Assembly: GCA_951406725.2 (NCBI GenBank)
Contig: OX597823.1
Span: 70,432,001-70,496,000, forward strand
DNA from: Octopus vulgaris
Lineage: Eukaryota
Reading direction: 5' to 3'
DNA: 64,000 nt
Positions 60,836-64,000 of this stretch are shown piece by piece; the first letter of the stretch is position 1; each line of letters begins with the position of its first letter. Under the pieces are notes generated by a model. That model was not told the origin of the DNA. It searched no databases and saw only the letters and a list, made by a program, of their open reading frames with translations. The position numbers and the translations under genes are program-made.

Positions 60836-62395
60836 CACACACATATTTCTTTACTGCCCACAAGGGGCTAAAACATAGAGGGGACAAAGAAGGACAGACA
60901 AAGGGATTAAGTTGATTACGTCGACCCCCAGTGCGAAACTGGTACTTTATTTATCGACCCTGAAAGGATGAAAAGGATGAAAAGCAAAGTCGACCTCGGT
61001 AGGATTTGAACTCAGAATGTAACGACAGACAAAATACAGCTACGCATTTCACCCGGCGTGCTAATGGTTCTGCCAGCTTGCCGCCTTATACACACACACA
61101 CACATATATATACACACATGCAGTCATACACATATACACAAACACATACATACATTCCCACTCCATCATACGCACACATGCAAACACATATACACATACA
61201 CACAGGCCCACCCACCCACCCACCCACTCACATACTTTTTGCTTCTCTCCACTGAATCAAACACCAACTACTAAACTGCTCGTTGACTCACACCCTCATA
61301 CATACATCACTCACATAAACACACACTCATGCACACAGATATTACCACACACACACACACACACACATACAGAGGCCATTTTTGCACTTCCCACTCCCCA
61401 CCCCCCAAAACCACTTTCTCTATCTCTTTCCATTTCCAGTCACTTCAGCAATGTGCTGTTGGTGATTTTTTCTCCCAACTTGTTTGGAATTTCCCCTCTT
61501 TTACCTCTCCAATGAAGAGCTATGCTTAAAACATCAATAAATCTATCTTTTTACTGAGTGTCGAACTAGCATATTTCTTGTGCATGCCCTCTTGTTTGTT
61601 ATTGTTAATTTTATTGTTCATTTATTTGATTTGAATACTTATATATATGTATATATATATATACACACACACACACATATGTATAATAGGGATGACCACT
61701 AAGTGGACATCCAATATGCTAGAAGAAGATCATCTGTGATCTAACTACAAAGAAAAGAATGTTCTCTAGAGAACATTCTTTTCTTTGTAGTTAGATCGTA
61801 GGTGATCTTCTTCTAGCATACTGGATGTCCACTTAGTGGTCAATCCTATTATATGCATTTTATTATATGCATGTATTACAATTTTTCTGAATTTTCAGAT
61901 TTTTTCTATATGCTAGGCTACTGGTTTTAAATTGATATTAATTAAATTAATATTCAATTTATCACCCTCATTATTTAAATTTTATATATATATTCATTTA
62001 GAGATAGTAGACCCCTTCATCCCACCATATAAAAGAATTTCAATTTAAATACTTACTACTTATATTTAAATTAAAATTCTAAATGAAAATATATATTTCC
62101 TCATTGAGAATAATTTGAACCCCTGTTATGCCGGAATTTTTATTCCCTAACAAATTAAATATATATATATATATGTATATATAAGCATTTTTTGTTTTTG
62201 TTTTTGTAGAACAATCCTCGACCAGAGTCAGCAAAATGCGTTCCACCCAGGCCTGCATATGGTCGGCGTCAGTTTAACAATATAATGAACAACTCTTCTG
62301 TTGGTGTAGCCAAGTATACTTTCGGCAGTTATTCTCAGGCATATGGGACAATTACTGCAAGCGGCCTAGCTGCTTTGAATAAGAAAAAATATTGA
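5036..62395 (+). CDS. MAPK15: Mitogen-activated protein kinase 15 (ERK7/ERK8), 13 coding exons: join(5036-5101,19854-19952,22644-22764,26491-26621,28074-28240,30768-30907,32301-32358,36438-36572,47705-47810,50094-50295,54923-55050,58961-59113,62210-62395); 563 aa
   Basis: Manual splicing gives an uninterrupted ORF with GT-AG at every junction. Kinase motifs: [29 protein letters not shown] (MAPK15-typical Q), [27 protein letters not shown]. The C-terminal [13 protein letters not shown] motif is characteristic of MAPK15. Confidence 0.95.
5589..5850. mobile_element. hAT-like MITE
   Basis: Degenerate CA...CACTG termini; 8-bp TSD ATATAGAT/ATATAGAG. Confidence 0.55.
6508..6651. mobile_element. Short hAT-like MITE
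   Basis: TIR CACTGGTGTAGCT / AGCTATGCTAGTG; perfect 8-bp TSD ATCCCATC (6500-6507, 6652-6659). Confidence 0.75.
8425..8653. mobile_element. TTAA-flanked MITE (subfamily TTAACCCTTTAGCATT); second copy at 35445-35828 carries a SINE insert
   Basis: TTAACCCTTTAGCATT ... AAT(A/G)CTAAA(A/G)GGTTAA termini. Confidence 0.7.
10473..10853 (+). mobile_element. SINE family A inserted in the Tigger fossil
   Basis: Same head, body and tail as the other family A copies. Confidence 0.85.
10907..11707. mobile_element. Tc1/mariner-type MITE inserted in the Tigger fossil
   Basis: TIR TACCTTAAAAACCCATGTAAT ... ATTACATGGGTTTTTATGGTA with TA ends. Confidence 0.7.
12660..13062 (+). mobile_element. SINE family A
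   Basis: Near full-length copy. Confidence 0.9.
14185..14562 (-). mobile_element. SINE family A (reverse)
   Basis: Reverse complement of the family A consensus. Confidence 0.85.
14790..16150 (+). mobile_element. RTE-clade LINE fragment with (GAT)n tail, interrupted by a SINE piece
   Basis: ORF 14786..15160 [31 protein letters not shown] (RT motif); 3' end GTAGACATGAAAATGGTGATGATGATG. Confidence 0.8.
18280..18712 (+). mobile_element. CR1/L2-like LINE 3' end; near-identical copy at 33969-34318
   Basis: ORF 18306..18563 [26 protein letters not shown]; tail TATACAATAATTTCATTATT. Confidence 0.75.
19130..19460 (-). mobile_element. tRNA-derived SINE family E; other copies at 30235-30540 (+) and 55776-56513 (+)
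   Basis: Shared body CTTGAGCAAGACACTTTATTTCAC..CACTGGTGCCAAGCTGTATCGG..GAAGGGGGTCT. Confidence 0.75.
19854..19952 (+). CDS. MAPK15: MAPK15 exon 2 ([33 protein letters not shown])
   Basis: Acceptor ttttcag|, donor CAG|gtaaaa; 99 nt; contains the catalytic Lys (VAVK). Confidence 0.96.
20422..20876. mobile_element. TTAA (piggyBac-like target) MITE with a second copy nested in inverted orientation (20482-20703)
   Basis: TTAACCCTTT...AAAGGGTTAA termini; single copies at 22797-23025, 24770-24997 and 34820-35047. Confidence 0.85.
21146..21553 (+). mobile_element. SINE family A, full length
   Basis: GGTGCAGGGGTGGCTGTGTGG head through (TAAAAGA)n tail. Confidence 0.9.
21801..22378 (-). mobile_element. 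SINE family C as a tandem trimer
   Basis: Three head-to-tail ~180-bp units CCCACAAGGGGCTAAAC...ACCCCGAAAGGATGAAAGGCAAAG; monomers at ~44533-44745, 49268-49497 and 60844-61087. Confidence 0.85.
22644..22764 (+). CDS. MAPK15: MAPK15 exon 3 ([40 protein letters not shown])
   Basis: Acceptor tttgtag|, donor G|gtaagg; 121 nt; alphaC helix and hinge. Confidence 0.96.
23233..23535 (-). mobile_element. SINE family B ((GAT)n tail, internal ~60-bp tandem units). Other copies near 8811, 17283, 29197, 31812, 33181, 36890, 39997, 47979 and 57733 (-), and 48780, 52930 and 54535 (+)
   Basis: (CAT)n-GTTTAACGTCCG(C/T)TTTCCATGCTAGCATGGGTTGG...CTGGATGCCCTTCCTAA. Confidence 0.85.
23560..25110 (+). mobile_element. 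LINE RT fragment interrupted by SINE A and a TTAA MITE
   Basis: [56 protein letters not shown]. Confidence 0.8.
23997..24449 (-). mobile_element. SINE family A (reverse) with expanded (TA)n
   Basis: Reverse complement of family A. Confidence 0.9.
26491..26621 (+). CDS. MAPK15: MAPK15 exon 4 ([44 protein letters not shown])
   Basis: Polypyrimidine tract plus AG, donor AAG|gtattt; catalytic loop HRDQK; lies within ORF 26424..26768. Confidence 0.96.
27066..27116. repeat. (CA)n microsatellite
   Basis: Pure dinucleotide run. Confidence 0.95.
27551..27607. repeat. (GA)n microsatellite
   Basis: Pure dinucleotide run. Confidence 0.95.
28074..28240 (+). CDS. MAPK15: MAPK15 exon 5 ([55 protein letters not shown])
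   Basis: Acceptor tttcag|, donor AA|gtaagt; contains DFG, TEY and APE. Confidence 0.97.
28300..28610 (-). mobile_element. RTE/BovB-like LINE 3' end with (ATCT)n tail, ~60 bp into intron 5
   Basis: ORF 28328..28663 [21 protein letters not shown]...[19 protein letters not shown]. Confidence 0.8.
30768..30907 (+). CDS. MAPK15: MAPK15 exon 6 ([46 protein letters not shown])
   Basis: Acceptor cttttag|, donor G|gtaaat; subdomains IX-X; lies within ORF 30673..31020. Confidence 0.96.
32301..32358 (+). CDS. MAPK15: MAPK15 exon 7 ([20 protein letters not shown])
   Basis: Acceptor ttgtttccag|, donor AG|gtaaga; 58 nt; its phases (1/2) exactly bridge exons 6 and 8. Confidence 0.92.
36438..36572 (+). 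CDS. MAPK15: MAPK15 exon 8 ([44 protein letters not shown])
   Basis: Acceptor atttcag|, donor CG|gtaaat; subdomain XI (P..R.T....L.HPY). Confidence 0.95.
39135..39694 (+). mobile_element. Internally deleted mariner element inserted in an RTE fragment; partial second copy at ~49224-49650
   Basis: TIR TTGGGTTGTCCGGAAAGTTCATGCC / GGCATGAACTTTCCGGACAACCCAA, TA TSD; ORF 39370..39621 [21 protein letters not shown] is the mariner transposase C-terminus. Confidence 0.92.
41250..41790 (-). mobile_element. RTE-like LINE 3' fragment
   Basis: Minus-strand [12 protein letters not shown] motif typical of the RTE ORF C-terminus. Confidence 0.6.
41863..42292 (+). mobile_element. SINE family A
   Basis: Family consensus with (TA)n(TG)n core. 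Confidence 0.9.
43272..43574. mobile_element. Short derivative of the 2841 foldback family (no telomeric core)
   Basis: GGGATCTTTTCACTTTGAC...GTCAAAGTGAAAAGATCCC; ~128-bp arms, ~47-bp spacer. Confidence 0.8.
45063..45456 (-). mobile_element. Non-autonomous Helitron
   Basis: Minus strand: A|TCTCTATATATATAAAG...CCCAAGCAACGCCAGACG..CTAG|T, i.e. 5' TC, subterminal GC-rich stem, 3' CTAG, A-T target, no TSD. Confidence 0.75.
46016..46422 (-). mobile_element. SINE family A (reverse)
   Basis: Reverse complement of family A. Confidence 0.9.
47221..47583 (+). mobile_element. tRNA-derived SINE family D; copies at 59955-60340 and 37958-38235
   Basis: A-box TGGCCCAGTGG and B-box GGTTTCGATTCCC head, with shared body. 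Confidence 0.85.
47705..47810 (+). CDS. MAPK15: MAPK15 exon 9 ([35 protein letters not shown])
   Basis: Acceptor gctag|, donor GAG|gtaact; QLSV.DY...LY post-kinase segment typical of MAPK15. Confidence 0.92.
50094..50295 (+). CDS. MAPK15: MAPK15 exon 10 (MIVEKNFWQ...ARLSEK), start of the C-terminal tail
   Basis: Acceptor ttgtttag|, donor G|gtaagc; continues YE|MI in frame. Confidence 0.88.
51360..51814. mobile_element. Second copy of the telomere-bearing foldback element (opposite orientation, internally deleted)
   Basis: GGATCTTTACC...GGTAAAGATCC; perfect 8-bp TSD ATTTTTGG; remnant TTAGGGTTAAGGTTTTAG at ~51670-51712. Confidence 0.85.
52381..52830 (-). mobile_element. Solo-LTR-like element, copy 2
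   Basis: Homologous to ~1895-2282; flanked by 5-bp direct repeat CACCT (52376-52380, 52831-52835). Confidence 0.6.
54923..55050 (+). CDS. MAPK15: MAPK15 exon 11 ([10 protein letters not shown]...HAVEPNK), low-conservation tail
   Basis: Long T-rich acceptor ttttatag|, perfect donor AAA|gtaagt; phase 1 to 0 fits the neighbouring exons. Confidence 0.8.
57265..57666 (+). mobile_element. SINE family A, full length, CpG-rich (young)
   Basis: GGCGCAGGAGTGGCTGTGTGG...GAAACAAGTAAAAGAGTAAAAGAG. Confidence 0.92.
58961..59113 (+). CDS. MAPK15: MAPK15 exon 12 ([25 protein letters not shown]...CISSSPL)
   Basis: Acceptor catttcag|, open in phase 0, donor TTG|gtttgt. It is unique sequence among repeats. 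The exon is symmetric, so it could be skipped; this is the least certain exon. Confidence 0.7.
61682..61853. repeat. 172-bp loop-less palindrome
   Basis: Axis between 61767 and 61768 (GTTCTCT|AGAGAAC); inner 30 bp of each arm pair perfectly. Confidence 0.95.
62210..62395 (+). CDS. MAPK15: MAPK15 last exon ([22 protein letters not shown]...[24 protein letters not shown])
   Basis: Acceptor tttttgtag|; conserved MAPK15 C-terminal YSQAYG motif; TGA at 62393-62395. Confidence 0.92.
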   Translation, partial: NNPRPESAKCVPPRPAYGRRQFNNIMNNSSVGVAKYTFGSYSQAYGTITASGLAALNKKKY

Positions 62396-62612
62396 TGTTT
62401 ATTTTATATTTATTCTACTTCATTTTTGTGTGAGAAGCTTTGAAAGCAGAATATTTTATTGATTTCTCTATACCATTACATTATATTCATAAAAAAGATA
62501 TCTTTTAAGACTGTAATTATAACTGTAAACAATAATCTTGTGTACTTGTACTCAAAACATCTTGCATTTTATTTTGAATTAATATTGAATCAAGTTATAT
62601 ATATACTACAGA

Positions 62613-62618
62613 AATAAA
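62613..62618 (+). terminator. Putative polyadenylation signal of MAPK15
   Basis: AATAAA about 220 nt after the stop codon, followed by GT/T-rich sequence. Confidence 0.55.
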
Positions 62619-62929
62619 TCTGTGTTACATTGGTTTTTATTCGTCATATTGACCAATCAAAAAAACAAAAAAGTTGTTTTGTTTTGATAAGTAGTATCAT
62701 TACATATATAAACGCACTCCTCTGCCATCAATCAAGGCCTTAAATCTAAACTACCAACAGCTGGTACAATGTGGACATAGACCTTGGAAAGGAGTCACTC
62801 TCTGTCAACAATTCACCATCACAATATCTATAGACAGCTATAACAAGGTGGTTGGTGTTGGGAAGGGCATTCAGCCATGGAAACCAAGTCAAACCAGATT
62901 GGAACCTGGTGTGGCTCTCCTGCTTGCCT

Positions 62930-63275
62930 ACACTCGCCTCCTTATGAGAGCTCAAAATCTCTCGTGGAAGCGCCATCCAACCAAAATGCAAATATATGGG
63001 AAACTACCACCTGTGTCATCTCTTGTGAAAGGTAGGAGAGTCCAGTTTGCTGGACATTGTTGTAGAGCTGAAAAAGAAGTAATTTCTACTTTTCTCCTCT
63101 GGAAGCCATCTACTTGCAATACCAGAGGGCGCACACTCTCCTACCCTGATGTAATCTCCAGGGATACAGGCATCCAGCAACAGGACCTCCGTAATGCCAT
63201 GATGGACCGTGAAGTCTGGCGTAGCATGGTAAATTCCATTGTCTCGACCACGGTTGAACAATGATGATGAGGACG
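62930..63275 (+). mobile_element. RTE-X-like LINE 3' end
   Basis: ORF 62848..63264 RRVQFAGHC.R...LLWKP...RG...Y.D.I.RDTG...AM.DR.VW; (GAT)n tail. Confidence 0.7.
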
Positions 63276-63438
63276 ATGAAGGTGATAAAGAAATGTGGAG
63301 AATTCTTTTATGCATTGCACAGAGTCTGCAAACCCTCTTGCTTCCCAAATTTAAACAGTACTTTTTGATGACCTTGCTGACAGTGCTAGCTCTCAACCTA
63401 TCTCATTCATGTCCAACACCTCGAAGTTGAGGAAGCAG

Positions 63439-63835
63439 TTACTCTTTTACTTGTTTCAGTCATTTGACTGTGGCCATGCTGGAGCACCACCTTTAGTCGA
63501 GCAAATCGACCCCAAGACTTATTCTTTGTAAGCCCAGTACTTATTCTATCGGTCTCTTTTGCCGAACTGCTAAGTTATGGGGATGTAAACACACCAGCAT
63601 TGGTTGTCAAGTGGTGGGGACAAACATAGACACACAAACATATACACACACATACATATATATATACATATAAAAGATGGGCTTCTTTCAGTTTCTGTCT
63701 ACCAAATTTACTCATAAGGCTTTGGTCGACTCGAGGCTCTAGTAGAAGACACTTGCCCAAGGTGCCACGCAGTGGGACCGAACCTGGAACCATGTGGTTC
63801 GTAAGCAAGCTACTTACCACACAGCCACTCCTGTT
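63439..63835 (-). mobile_element. SINE family A (reverse)
   Basis: Reverse complement of family A. Confidence 0.9.
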
Positions 63836-63916
63836 CATAATCACATTCTTTCTTTCTCACAATTTCTGTTTTTCTCCATCTGTTGCTCTCCCCTACACTT
63901 CATATGATAATGTATG

Positions 63917-63971
63917 GATACATACATACATACATACATACATACATACATACATACATACATACATACAT
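63917..63971. repeat. (ATAC)n microsatellite
   Basis: Pure tetranucleotide run. Confidence 0.95.
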
Positions 63972-64000
63972 AATACATGCACACATGCATGCTTACACAC

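Noticed and set aside
61006-61529. His/Thr-rich 169-aa ORF
   Set aside because: Translation of a SINE end plus degenerate (CA)n microsatellite.

Overview
Eukaryotic, AT-rich, repeat-dense animal DNA. The SINE/LINE families look like those of coleoid cephalopods (Octopus); this is inferred from repeat content only. One complete multi-exon protein-coding gene spans the + strand: an atypical MAP kinase MAPK15 (ERK7/ERK8). I reconstructed 13 coding exons by hand (5036..62395), all with GT-AG introns and consistent phases, giving a 1692-nt CDS and 563 aa. It carries GKGAYG, VAVKK, HRDQKPSN, DFG, a TEY activation loop and a C-terminal GSYSQAYG motif. Upstream lie an RFX X-box overlapping a forkhead motif and a short uORF. 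The introns are filled with tRNA-derived SINEs, RTE- and CR1-like LINE fragments, Tigger and mariner fossils, hAT and TTAA MITEs, a non-autonomous Helitron, solo-LTR-like elements and microsatellites. Three structures stand out: (i) a long-TIR foldback element family with 8-bp TSDs that carries telomere-like (TTAGGG/TTTTAGGG) repeats internally; (ii) a 172-bp loop-less palindrome just upstream of the last exon; (iii) several nested or multimeric repeat architectures. Nearly all entries in the ORF track are repeat-derived artefacts. I found no clear novel protein-coding system. Repeat boundaries are approximate unless TSDs are given.
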